Source: Octopus sinensis
Taxonomy: Eukaryota
NCBI RefSeq assembly: GCF_006345805.1
Contig: NC_043021.1
Location: forward strand, 2,852,001 to 2,916,000
Reading direction: 5' to 3'
Length of the DNA stretch: 64,000 bases
Under the pieces are notes generated by a model. It saw only the letters and a program-made list of their open reading frames with translations, searched no databases and was not told where the DNA came from. The stretch's first letter is position 1, and every line of letters starts with the position of its first letter. Shown here piece by piece: positions 41,820 through 54,239 of this stretch. The position numbers and the translations under genes are program-made.

Positions 41820-42220
41820 GAGTGGCTGTGTGGTAAGTAGCTTGTCTACCAACCTCATGGTTCCGGGTTCAGTCCCACTGCGTGGCACCTTGGGCAAGTG
41901 TCTTCTGCTATAGCCCCGGGCCGACCAAAGCCTTGTGAGTGGATTTGGTAGACGGAAACTGAAAAAATCCGTCGTATATATGTACATATATATATGTGTG
42001 TGTGTGTGTGTGTTTGTGTGTCTGTTTGTCCCCCTAGCATTGCTTGATAACCGATGCTGGTGTGTTTATGTCCCCGTTACTTAGCGGTTCGGTAGAAGAG
42101 ACCGATAGAATAAGTACTGGGCTTACAAAAGAATAAGTCCCGGGGTCGAGTTGCTCGACTAAAAGGCGGTGCTCCAGCATGGCCGCAGTCAAATGACTGA
42201 AACAAGTAAAAGAGTAAAGA
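41820..42220 (+). mobile_element. SINE family B
   Basis: Same sequence as the 5304 copy. Confidence 0.85.
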
Positions 42221-42649
42221 AGAGAGAGAGAGAGAGAGAGAGAGTTAAAAGGCACTAAAGATGAAAAAAAGTGCAAACAAAAAACAATCACTGAAGCAAA
42301 ATTGTTGATTTAAATCTTTCGATATTTACACCTGTATCATTTCTAATTAACTTAGATTACCTTGTACGCGCAAGCGAAAGCAGGGTATTGTAATTACTCC
42401 TGTTTGTCTGTGTGTTTGCAAAATTTCTGGAAAACGGCTGAACGGATTTTCACCAAATTTGGCAGAAATACTCATTGGGTGAATGGCCCGAAATGATGAA
42501 AATTTGGTTTGATTATCTTCAACCATACATAAATGCATACATAGATATGCAACTGTGTGTGTGTGTGTGTACAGTGATGGATTCGAGGGTTTCGTTTATT
42601 TACGGGTTGATTTCTTAATTTTACCGGAGTATAAATACCTATCTCTTTC

Positions 42650-42840
42650 TCTCTTTTACTTGTTTCAGTCATTTGACTGCGGCCATGCTGGAGCACCGCC
42701 TTTAGTCGAGCAAATCGACCCCGGGACTTATTCTTTTTTGTAAGCCCAGTACTTATTCTATCGGTCTCTTTTTGCCGAACCGCTAAGTGACGGGGACATA
42801 AACACACCCGCATCGGTTGTCAAACAATGCTAGGGGGACA

Positions 42841-42897
<57 letters not shown>

Positions 42898-43123
42898 CAC
42901 ACACAGACACACATATTATAATATAATATATATATATATATATATATAATATAATCACGACAGGCTTCTTTCAGTTTCCGTCTACCAAATCCACTCACAA
43001 GGCATTGGTCGGCCCGGGGCTATAGCAGAAGACAACTTGCCCAAGATGCCACACGCAGTGGGACTGAACCCGAACCATGTGGTTGGTTAGCAAGCTACTT
43101 ACCACACAGCCACTCCTGCGCCT
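42650..43123 (-). mobile_element. SINE family B (inverted)
   Basis: Reverse complement of the 41820 copy. Confidence 0.85.
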
Positions 43124-43382
43124 ATAATAGTGATACTTAAAAAATAAAAAAAATATCGAGCTTACAAATTTTCTGATAAGCAGGTGGTCATATTATTCAT
43201 ATCCTAAAACGAACTGCAGTGCGTTTGATTCACCTGCCATCATTGAAAGATGTTGAAAATACTTCTTAAATTCTATCCAATAATTTCTATAATTATTTCA
43301 TTTTGTTCACTTTCTTTTTCATATGCGTGTGTCTAGATCATGGTGTACCTATGCGTGTAGACACGTGTGAGTACATAAATAC

Positions 43383-43767
43383 GGAGGCGCAATGGCCCAG
43401 TGGTTAGGGAAGCGGACTCGCGGTCGTAGGATCGCGGTTTCGATTTCCAGACCGGGCGTTGTGAGTGTTTATTGAGCGAAAACACCTAAAGCTCCACGAG
43501 GCTCCGGCAGGGGGTGGTGGTGATCCCTGCTGTACTCTTTCGCCACAACTTTCTCTCGCTCTTTCTTCCTGTTTCTGTTGTACCTGTATTTCAAGGGGCC
43601 GGCCTTGTCACTCTCTGTGTCACGCTGAATATCCCCGAGAACTACGTTAAGGGTACACGTGTCTGTGGAGTGCTCAGCCACTCACACGTTAATTTCACGA
43701 GCAGGCTGTTCCGTTGGTCGGATCAACCGGAACCCTCATCGTCGTAACCGACGGAGTGCTTCCATCC
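43383..43767 (+). mobile_element. tRNA-derived SINE family A
   Basis: Near-identical to 2123-2512. 10-bp TSD ACATAAATAC. Confidence 0.9.
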
Positions 43768-45287
43768 ACATAAATACATACATAGATATGCGACTGTGTG
43801 TGTACAGTGATAGATTCGAGGGTTTCGTTTATTTACGAGTTGATTTCTTAATGTGATATTTAAAAAAGAAAATCGAACTTACAAATTTTCCGATAAGCAA
43901 GTTTAGTCAAACACTTACAAAGCTTAATTAAGTTCAATTAAAAAGCAATGGCAAGCAAAGCATTGTAATTTGCGAAAAAATTTATCTGTGTGCAGGGTAC
44001 GCATTGCCCCCTCCAATGCCTTTTTTCATTACATTTCAGTTTTACTTCATAATATTTTTGAAGGATTCCTCATTATTTTCTTTTAATGCAGACCAGCACT
44101 GATAATGGTGCCACATCAAAAAGCACTGGTACCATGTAAAAACATTGGTGCTGGTGCCAGGTAATAAGAACCGTAGATATTACGTAAAAAAGTGCCACGT
44201 AAAAAAAACCCCACTGATGATGGTGATGCCACATCAAAAAGCACTGATGATGCCATGTAAAAAGCGCCCAGTGCGCTCTGTAAAGTGATTGGCGTTAGGA
44301 AGGGCATCAAGCCGTAGAAATATCCCAAAACTGGTGCCTGGTGCAGCCCTCTGGCTTGCCAGTTCCTGTCGAACCGTCCACCCCGTGCCAGCATGGAAAA
44401 CGGGCATTAAATGATGATAATGATGGTAGACTTAAGCCACCCCGTTCACCACCACCATCATCACACCACTTCCTGGTATCTTGGGTTACGTTCGGCAGAG
44501 AGTTCATTGTGCTTCAAGTATTCTGCTGCAAAGTAAGTCTCCGGTTTGAAGATACTTTCCTTCCCCCTTTCTGTCAGTTTTAGAGTCCCTGTAAAGGGTC
44601 ATGGCAGTATTCTCTGTCCTAATTATATTACAACAACAACGAGCAAATAAAATCTATTTTGTATTTTAAACCAGCCGAAAGAAACTAACTATCAGGACTT
44701 GGTCGACGAGAGACTTGCTTAGGGAAGACACACGGCCTCATTTCTGATAGAAATCGGTTGCCGTGGCTTTCCATCTAAGTCGGTGTGCTATTTCCGATTG
44801 AAGAATGGTTTGGAAACCAGACAACTAAAGAAAGCCACTAAGGAGATAGACGTGGCAGATGAAACTGGTTCAAGGGGGCTGTGGTTGATAAGAAACTGTA
44901 TGTGGAACCCTTCCGCTGGCAAATATTAATTCAATCCTAACTGTCCCATTAAGACGAAGCGTACAGGCTAAGGGACGTAACTTATGCGATCTGAGAAATC
45001 TGCTGATGATACGGGAATATTTTCGACATTGCAATGGATTTTAGAAGAGCCTGCAAAAATTCTGAGTATCTCCTGCAGTTTCTTCGTGGGTACAAAGCAT
45101 CTCCGCTTGTTTATTTCACCAGTAAAAACAAACAAACAAAACAAATAGTTCTCCGGATGGTATCTGCCGTGTGACTGTGTCTGTGCTGGAGCATTTGTGA
45201 CTCTTGTGCTTTACTTAAACATTTTAAGAGAAAGGGTTTTGTAGAAAATCCTCAACTAGGAATCTTTTACGAGAACTAATAAATACA

Positions 45288-45452
45288 GGCGCAGGAGTGG
45301 CTGTGTGGTAAGTAGCTTGCTAACCAACCACATGGTTCCGGGTTCAGTCCCACTGCGTGGCATCTTGGGCAAGTGTCTTCTGCTATAGCCCCGGGCCGAC
45401 CAATGCCTTGTGAGTGGATTTGGTAGACGGAAACTGAAAGAAGCCTGTCGTA

Positions 45453-45499
<47 letters not shown>

Positions 45500-45711
45500 G
45501 TCTGAATGTGTTTGCGTGTCTGTGTTTGTCTCCCTAGCATTGCTTGACAACCGATGCTGGTGTATTCACGTCCCCGTCACTTAGCGGTTCGGCAAAAGAG
45601 ACCGATAGAATAAGTACTGGGCTTACAAAGAATAAGTCCCGGGGTCGATTTGCTCGACTAAGGGCTGTGCTCCAGCATGGCCGCAGTCAAATGACTGAAA
45701 CAACTAAAGAG
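45288..45711 (+). mobile_element. SINE family B inserted in one unit of the tandem duplication
   Basis: Empty site visible at ~48670 in the sister unit. Confidence 0.88.
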
Positions 45712-45887
45712 TATGTCTGAAAACCCAGGATGCTTAGCTTGCCCACCGGAAGAAAATAAAGACGTTTTAAAAACAGTTGTACTAGAATAAAAGAAAAAAG
45801 AAGAAAACACTAGTCGAATGAAATGATTTAATTATTAATTAACATCCAAATATTTGTTGAAATTAACAAAAAAGTTTAGTTCTCTTT

Positions 45888-46038
45888 TTAACTACGAATT
45901 ACCCGTGAACATGGTAAAGTGATATAGAATGGACGCAGGACTGGTTGCTCTGTTATCTTGGTACAGCGTCCCAGCAAGGTTTTCATATCTGTTCCTGTTA
46001 TTGTGACAACTTGTTCGTCAGAGATCATGATGAAATAT
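45888..46038 (-). CDS. Hemopexin-repeat gene, distal alternative last exon A (KYFIMISDEQVVTITGTDMKTLLGRCTKITEQPVLRPFYITLPCSRVIRS*)
   Basis: Acceptor tttgtag|, phase 2 fits. Paralog of exon B. ATTAAA poly(A)-signal variant about 55 nt downstream (45827-45832, - strand). Confidence 0.72.
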
Positions 46039-46364
46039 CTACAAATAAAGACATTCGATGATAAAATTAAAATCATATATAGATACACAAATGCACACGC
46101 ACACACATTTATCAACAAATATACATGTACGCATGCATATTATGTTCACACTTCGGGAGACGAGAAAACGCTGAAAAGCTTGCAGAATTCGAACGCCGAG
46201 TTTGCTGTAAACCTTACAGCTGCGCTAACCACTGCCCCAAAGCTATATCAAAAGTTTGACCATCGAAATTGGAAGATTTAACCCAAATCATTTAGATTAC
46301 ATATAGCAGCAACTTGTCAGCGGAGAATATTATTAAATGTTTAATAATAATAATAATAATAATA

Positions 46365-46409
<45 letters not shown>

Positions 46410-46450
46410 TAGAGAGAGAGAGAGAGGAGAAGAGGGAGACAGTCAGAATT

Positions 46451-46489
<39 letters not shown>

Positions 46490-46574
46490 AAGAGGGAAGA
46501 GAGAGAGAGGAGAGAGGAGACAAGTCAGAAGTCAGAATTTATATATATATATAATCTATAATATATATATATAA

Positions 46575-46993
46575 TAATTTAATAAATAAAATATATGCAT
46601 ACATACATACATATATGTACGTACCTACATCTACATGTATATATACATGCGTTAAAAAAAGTCCGTTTCCTAGTTGTTTTTATGTTTTCGTTTCTCGTTG
46701 TGTTCTACGTTTATTTGTGGTGTCCTGTACTCACATATGTATATATACATGTAGATGTAGGTACGTACATATATGGTATGTATGCATATATTTTATTTAT
46801 TAAATTATTGTATGACTGAGCGCCCTCGCGTCGTTTCGTTTCGTTTCTTTTCTTTTCTCCCAGTAAGTTTTTATATATAATTAAGACGCGAACTCTGTAA
46901 TCCTTTGCTTGACCTTTTCTTCCTTCCTATCTGTCTTCCTCTTTGCCTGTCTCTCTCCTTCTTATTTTTTCACCCTTTCTGCTTTCCTTTCCG

Positions 46994-47026
<33 letters not shown>

Positions 47027-47705
47027 TCTCTCTCACTCCTCCTCATCTCTCTCACTGCCGAGTCGACTACCTACTTCCTTTCACTGTCAGCTTTCTACAA
47101 GTCAACATGACTTTTTTTGCGCTCTGAATTTTTCCATCGTCCAGACTTAAAAAAACAGCCCGTAATGTTGGTTTCTTTGTCCTGTTTTTATTCTTTATGT
47201 GTACTGTATTTTTTTGTATTTGTATTTTTATTTTGTATTTGTAATTGTATTTTATTTGTATTGCTTTTACGTCCTGTTCTTGTCACATTTTTTCTTTCCT
47301 TGTTTTTACCCCTCTGCAAAGGAATTTTATTTAATTCTTTTTCAGGAAGGACTGCATCGACGGGTCGTGTTCTGTACTTACCTTCGAAACACGCATTGAG
47401 TCGATCCAGGGACAGCTGATGAGGGAATATTCCTTGTATTGTTTGTCTTGTACTCTGTTTTTTCGTTGTTAAAAAAAAGTCCGTTTCCTAGTTGTTTTTA
47501 TGTTTTCGTTTCTCGTTGTGTTCTACGTTTATTTGTGGTGTCCTGTACTCATATATATATATATATATATGCATGTATATATACATGTAGATGTAGGTAC
47601 GTACATATATGTATGTATGCATATATTTTATTTATTTAATTATTGTATGACTGAGCGCCATCGCATCGTTTCGTTTCGTTTCTTTTCTTTTCTCCCAGTA
47701 AGTTA
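46575..47705. mobile_element. Non-autonomous element with direct ~220-bp terminal repeats and an inverted partial end (Penelope-like architecture)
   Basis: 46651-46870 is repeated at 47468-47705. 46580-46650 is the inverted complement of 46733-46803. Confidence 0.55.
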
Positions 47706-47947
47706 TATTATACTATATATATATAATATATATATATTATATATATATATATGACATACATACACACCACACTATATTTATACATACAACATATATAATA
47801 TATATGATGGACTATATCGTCTAGATACATATAGACGTTCAATTTGTATATTGTGATTAAATGTATGTGCTAGTTATACATACAGACATACCTACCATAC
47901 ATATATAGGTTGTATGTATGTATATATATATATATATATACGATATA

Positions 47948-47987
<40 letters not shown>

Positions 47988-48102
47988 TATATATATATAT
48001 GTGTGTGTGTATATATATATATGGTATTATATATATATATATACATACATGCATACAGCACGCACACACACACACACATATATATATACTATACACATGT
48101 AT

Positions 48103-48133
<31 letters not shown>

Positions 48134-48438
48134 CATATAATACATGCATATACTATATATATACAAACATATATGTGTATATATATGTATATACAGAAAA
48201 GGAAGAATTTTGATTATCCCTATGTGGTGAGTTGTAATATATATAAGAAATTATAGAAGGAAAATGCACACACTTTACATAGTTTTAATATAATTTTTAA
48301 TGTATCGACCGGTTTCACTTTCGTTATTCATGACATTTAGATTTGATAATTTAAATGCGTAATTTCGTAAGAAGAAATTTTTGGTCCATATTGTGTGTGA
48401 TAGTTTTGACACACACACATACACACACACACATACAC

Positions 48439-48469
<31 letters not shown>

Positions 48470-48674
48470 ACACACACACACACACATGAAGCAGCAGTTG
48501 TGTAGAAGAATAGAAATGGAAGAAGAGAGGTGTGAGAGGGAGAAAGAGAAAAAATGATATAGAGAAAAGGAAACAGAGTAAATAGCAATGGGAGAGCAGG
48601 TTAAAAGAAGACTACTTTGACTGAATATGAACTTATCCTCAACTAGGAATCTTTTACGAGAACTAAGAAATATG

Positions 48675-49002
48675 TCTGAAAACCCAGGATGCTTAGCTTG
48701 TCCACCGGAAGAAAATAAAGACGTTTTAAAAACAGTTGTACTAGAATAAAAGAAAAAAGAAAACACTAGTCGAATGAAATGATCTGAAAACCTAGGATGC
48801 TTAACTTTTCCACCGGAAAAAAATAAAGACGTTTTAAAAACAGTTGTACTAGAATAAAAGAAAAAAAGAAAACACTAGTCGAATGAAATGATCTGAAAAC
48901 CTAGGATGCTTAACTTCTCCACCGGAAAAAAATAAAGACGTTTTAAAAACAGTTGTACTAGAATAAAAGAAAAAGAAGAAAACACTAGTCGAATGAAATG
49001 AT
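48675..49002. repeat. Three tandem ~108-bp units (single copy in the sister unit)
   Basis: TCTGAAAACCyAGGATGCTTA... starts at 48675, 48783 and 48892. Confidence 0.88.
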
Positions 49003-49115
49003 TTAATTATTAATTGACATCAAATATTTGTTGAAATTAACAAAAAAGTTTAGTTCTCTTTTTAACTACGAATTATGTCCCTTGAACATGGAAAAGAGAC
49101 GGCACGCATGACTGG

Positions 49116-49209
49116 CTATTTTGTTATCTTGTTACAGCGTCCCAGCAAGGTTTTCATAACTTTTTCTGATTCTGTGACAATTTGTTCGTCAGCGTTCATG
49201 GTGAAATAT
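49116..49209 (-). CDS. Hemopexin-repeat gene, proximal alternative last exon B (KYFTMNADEQIVTESEKVMKTLLGRCNKITK*)
   Basis: Acceptor tttgtag|, phase 2 fits the previous exon. Retains terminal LLGRC (cf. MMP hemopexin WLGC). TAG follows five residues after the Cys. Confidence 0.7.
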
Positions 49210-49532
49210 CTACAAATAAAGACATTCGATTATAAAATTAAAATCATACATAGATACACAAATGCACACGCACACACATTTATCAACAAATATACATGTA
49301 CGCATGCATATTATGTTCACACTTCGGGAGACGAGAAAACGCTGAAAAGCTTGCAGAATTCGAACGCCGAGTTTGCTGTAAACCTTACAGCTGCGCTAAC
49401 CACTGCCCCAAAGCTATATCAAAAGTTTGACCATCGAAATTGGAAGATTTAACCCAAATCATTTAGATTACATATAGCAGCAACTTGTCAGCGGAGAATA
49501 TTATTAAATGTTTAATAATAATAATAATAATA

Positions 49533-50090
49533 AATGCCCTGATGCAGTGCCAGGCAGTGGCTCTCATGGCTTCTGATCTTAACCGATTGGAAGTGTTATC
49601 ATGTACATTGTTTTGTCTTGGTATAAAAGATGGACTACAGCAAATATTCTGCTCAATACCACAGATTTGCTTGTTAGTTGTTTGACCGTAACCAGTTGAG
49701 CATGTCCCTTAGTGGCTGACGATATGTGCGTCTCTGATCACGAGCAGAAGCAGTGAGGGAGCATCATAGTGATGTGTTGAGAGGGATGCTTTGGGGTTTG
49801 AATAATTCACCACTGGAAACATGGGTGTTTCGTTCAACATCATTAAACAACCCTTATTCAAGGACCTTTTGGACGGGATAGGCTACTCGACCAGAAGAAA
49901 ATTCTAACTGGGCCCCACCTGCAAGGTCATGTGCTGTTTATCTTGATATGAGATCACCATGTCGCGCACATATGGCTGTGATGCATGTGCCTGGTGTACC
50001 CTTATCAGACGGGTAGTCATGATGGGTATACTGGGCTTCGTATATTTTACCCCAGTGTCACTTTGATGGCATGAACTGCTCTCTCACTCA
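49533..50090. mobile_element. (AAT)n-inserted repeat element, with shorter copies at ~7780-7935 (opposite strand) and ~24890-25115
   Basis: Shared block GTGCCTGGTGTACCCTTATCAG...GTCACTTTGATGGCATG..CTCTCACTCA, always abutting trinucleotide microsatellite tracts. Confidence 0.65.
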
Positions 50091-50189
50091 ATAATAATAA
50101 CGATAATAACATATACAATACATACATACATACATACATCCATACATACATACATACATACATACATACATACATACATACAACATACA

Positions 50190-50269
<80 letters not shown>

Positions 50270-50318
50270 AATATTAAATTTCTAATATCTCATAGAGATA
50301 TGTACGTTGGTGGGAAGA

Positions 50319-50577
50319 TAGAATGGTTATCGTCAATTTAACGTGACAGTAGGGGATTCCACTACCGCTGTTAGCCCTAGGAAGCATCGACCCTCCTGAT
50401 GCTTCGACACATTTTCTTCCCGTGTCCTTATATATTTGTCTCGCCTTCGTAAATATATAAGGACACAGGAAGAAAATGTGTCGAAGCCCTCAGGAAGGCG
50501 TCGATGCTTCCTAGGGCTAAACAGCGGTGGTGTAATCCCCTACTGTCACGTTAAATTGACAGTATACAACCATTCTA
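50319..50577. repeat. Foldback palindrome (~120-bp arms, ~13-nt loop), probable MITE
   Basis: TAGAATGGTT...TGTCCTTATATATTT-loop-AAATATATAAGGACAC...AACCATTCTA. Confidence 0.85.
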
Positions 50578-50731
50578 TATATGCATATATATATATATAT
50601 TATATATATATATTATATATATAGAAGAGAGATAGAAAAGGAGGCATGTAAGCGTTCAGTGTTTGCCGAACAACCTGCACAGATGATTTGTATATTGTGA
50701 TTAATGTGGTGTATATATATATATATATATA

Positions 50732-50775
<44 letters not shown>

Positions 50776-50835
50776 ATCTATTAAGTGTAGGAAGAAATGG
50801 AGCTGAACGACGATTTAACAAAATTCCTTTTTATT

Positions 50836-50920
50836 ATTTTCTACATATGTTTCGAAGGCTGCAAAGTCCCTAATTCGGATTGAATAAGGAGTCCATTTTG
50901 CACGCTCTCTTCAGGAAAAT
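50836..50920 (-). ncRNA. Type I hammerhead ribozyme motif (Penelope/retrozyme-type, minimal stem III)
   Basis: Minus strand reads ATTTTC-CTGAAGA-G[long stem II]C-GAAAC-ATAT-GTA-GAAAAT. Core CUGAnGA and GAAA intact, GUA triplet, perfect 6-bp stem I, palindromic ACATATGT stem III. Confidence 0.7.
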
Positions 50921-51430
50921 CCAGGAACTTAATTCTCCAACAAAATGCACAACACTTTTCGACAAACGCTCACGAGGAGCCCATGGAATAAATGGCACAA
51001 ACTGTCTATCTATATGCGTTGACGCCAGACTGGGTGAAAGCAGAAGAGATTGTCCGTTGAGATAGTCAAGGTCAGAATCCGGTTAGCAGAAGGGGTGGGA
51101 CAGGAAATCAAAGAGTGTGAATGTATTCTGTATGACTGGTGTTTATATTTGAATTATTTAAGAATGAGTGTTAGAGTGTTTAGTGCGGAGAAATTGCTTT
51201 CATGTATGTGTGTGTGCGTCTATGTATGTGTGACAGTGTATTTCGAAGGCAGAAAGAGAGAGAGATATAGCAGGTATTAATGGTCAATAACTGAAAAACT
51301 GTGTCTGTGTGTTCGCATGTGACCACTTGATAGAGAGAGAGGGTGTCCACAATGGCCATTGCAGGATACAGTGCTGCTGTCACGGATGGCAGCAGTTCTT
51401 ATACTAACAGGAAGGGATATCCCCTTTCAA

Positions 51431-51471
<41 letters not shown>

Positions 51472-51962
51472 ATATAATACAGAAAAGGAAGAATTTCTAT
51501 TATCCCCACGCGGTGAGTTGTAATATATATATAAGAAATTATAGAAGGAAAATGCACACACGTTACATAGTTTTAATACAATCTTTAATGTATCGACCGG
51601 TTTCACTTTCGCTATTCATGACATTTAGATTTGATTATTTAAATGCGTAATTTCGTAAGAAGAAATTTTTTGGTCCATGTTGTGTGTAATAGTTTTGACA
51701 CACACACACACACACACACACATGAAGCAGCAGTTGTGTAGAATAATAGAAATGGGAAGAAGAAAGGTGTGAGAGGGAGAAAGAGAAAAAATGATATAGA
51801 GAGAAAAGGAAAGATAGAGTAAATAGCAATGGGAGAGCAGGTTAAAAGAAGGGTACTCTGACTGAATATGAACTTATCACATCTGTTTACTAGTTATCAC
51901 TGCATCAAAAAGAAAAAGGAAAGGAAAACAACCCATTTCTGATGAGAAAAAGGTTCACTTAC

Positions 51963-52111
51963 TTTTCACCTGAAAGGAAAGCGATTTCTTTGTTGACTGA
52001 CAGAATGGCGTCTAAATGGTTTGGTACACCAATGAAGAAGTCGTGGTACTTCAAAGTTGATTCGGGAGTCAACTGTTCATAATATGGCACCCATTCTCTT
52101 ATACTGTCATT
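51963..52111 (-). CDS. Hemopexin-repeat gene exon (NDSIREWVPYYEQLTPESTLKYHDFFIGVPNHLDAILSVNKEIAFLSGE)
   Basis: Acceptor cctttcag|, donor |gtaagt. F.GVP..LDA...F..G.KY matches the hemopexin repeat. Phase 0 to 2. Confidence 0.85.
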
Positions 52112-52309
52112 CTGAAAGGCGCATAAATGTTTAATAATAATGATAATAATAATAATAACAACAACAATAATAACAATAATATAATAATAATAATGGATAA
52201 TAATGAATAATGATAATAATAATAAGATAATGAATAATAATGATTAAATAATATAATAATAATAATAATAATGATGATGATAATAATACTGATAATAATA
52301 ATATTATAT

Positions 52310-52625
52310 CTCAAAATACAAAGACCTGGAAATAGAGGTAACTAGAATGTGGAATCTGAAAACAGAAACAATTCCTATCATAGTAGTGCATTAGGCATGA
52401 TAAAAAAATATTCAGACAAATACATAACAAAAACAACCGGACTTACAAACACATATAACATACAGAAAATTGCACTACTAGGCACTGCACACATCCTACG
52501 CAGAACACTTTCCATACAATAACCATCAGAGCATCACAACAAATCACACAGCACATACCCAAGGCACACAGAGCTGCGCTCGGTAGTGAAGTGAAAGCAC
52601 GCTATAAAATAAAACTACTGAATGA
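52310..52625 (+). mobile_element. R4/Dong-like LINE 3' end embedded in (AAT)n
   Basis: KYKDLEIEVTRMWNLKTETIPII...IQKIALLGTAHILRRTL, flanked by AAT repeats on both sides. Confidence 0.72.
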
Positions 52626-52860
52626 TAATAATAATAATAATGATAGTAATAATAATTATAATAATAATAAAAATAATAATAATGATAATAATGATAATAA
52701 TATAATAATAATAATAATTGATAATAATAATAATATGATAATGATAATAATAATAGTATGCTAATAATAATGAATGATAATAATAATAATAATATAATGA
52801 TGATATATATAATATATATAATATAGATAGAAAGGAGAGAGAGAGAGAGAGAGAGCGAAA

Positions 52861-52891
<31 letters not shown>

Positions 52892-53440
52892 GAGGGAGAG
52901 GGAGAAAGGAGGGATTCAGAATTTTGGATAATTCTTTATTAGCGAATTCGTTCGTTTACCGAATTCGCCATGGCAAAATTAAAACGGTAAAAACGGAACG
53001 GTTCATTGTTTATTTATTTGAATCGGATGTCTTTTTGCTTTCTTTAGAAAGGGAGAAAAATATTTTTGCTTTTTTTGGGGGGGGGAAAAAGATCAATCAG
53101 GTGACTCTGCTTGCCAGATTGATTTCAATCTCACCAGACAGCGGGATGTATGGTTGCTCTTAAATAAAAAGACCTTCCCTGGTGAAGAATGTACTCCCCT
53201 CCCCCCAGCATAGACTAGGCATAAAAGACATACACACTTACATGCATACATACATATATGCATTCAAACATGCACACACACATTCACAGACACACACACA
53301 AACACAGACACACAATTTTGACAAAAATGAGCTCAGAGAAAAATCTAGACTGGCCAGTGGCGCGTGCGCGCGTGCACACACGCATACGCACGCGCGCACA
53401 CAAGTACATATTGAAAGAAATGCAATTATCTTTACAACAT

Positions 53441-54035
53441 ATTCTTTGTGGTTTTCGTCACTGCCTACAATTTTGTTCCAATTGTTTTAAAATTTGGTAT
53501 ATTGATTACGTTTTGTATACTGATTATGAACATGAAATTCATTTTCCCAATAAATTCATAATTAAAAAGTTATTAGCCTTTAAAATTTTCAAAATTTGGG
53601 TATTTTAACCAATCAGGAGCGAGTATTTTACACATCACCGTGGCGAATACTTGTATTTCCGTAGTAACCAAAGCAAAGAAGCACCACGTGTTGCATAGCT
53701 GATTGCGAAGAACTGTTTCCAGAGTAACCAAAGATGCTGCGCATGTGCACAAAGAGAAAGAGATACGTGAAAGCTAATTTATCCTAGATTAATGTTTTGA
53801 CATGTCGATGTCCCCCTCCCCCCGGAGGATGGAAGAAGCAGCGAACGTACTGTTTTCTGATCGGCTGAAAATTCTGAAAATTTATCAAATTTTGAATAAT
53901 TGTAGCATTTTTGCGAAATTTTTCTAGAATAAATGTATAACACTTTCGGATTCAGCGTCAAAAATTACATCTATATGATACATTAAAAACATTTTAAAAA
54001 GATAATTGTAAACGGTGACGAAATCCACGAAGATC
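53441..54035. mobile_element. Degenerate TIR element related to 58249-58917
   Basis: Left TTCTTTGTGGTTTTCGTCAC...TACAATT pairs with right AATTGTAAACGGTGACGAAATCCACGAAGATC. Shares internal blocks (AAATTCATTTTC, GATTCAGyGT.AAAAATTACATC) with the 58249 element. Confidence 0.55.
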
Positions 54036-54239
54036 TTGGTGTTGTTTTTAATATTTAACTTGTATAGTTATTCGCTGAAATAAACTAAAATCTCCCGCTT
54101 ACTTTGAATAAAACCATTCATAAAAAATATATAAATTCCTCGTACTTAGTTTAAACAATACAACACAAGACAGTTCACTTATTAGCAATGAATAAAAATC
54201 GTTTGCGATGTACACAAGCAATGATTTGAATTAAACTGA

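Larger units (their letters stand above)
45248..51878. repeat. Tandem segmental duplication, two ~3.3-kb units (45248-48637, 48635-51878)
   Basis: 45248-46350 matches 48635-49520, and 48190-48637 matches 51477-51878. 3-nt ATC microhomology at the junction. Confidence 0.88.

Noticed and set aside
45256-45901. Extra spliced exon after exon A (CGG|GTAATT to ttttcag|TYLLVLVKDS*)
   Set aside because: The donor is absent in copy B, the putative exon is interrupted by a SINE, and in-frame indels up to the shared TAA fit a terminal exon better.
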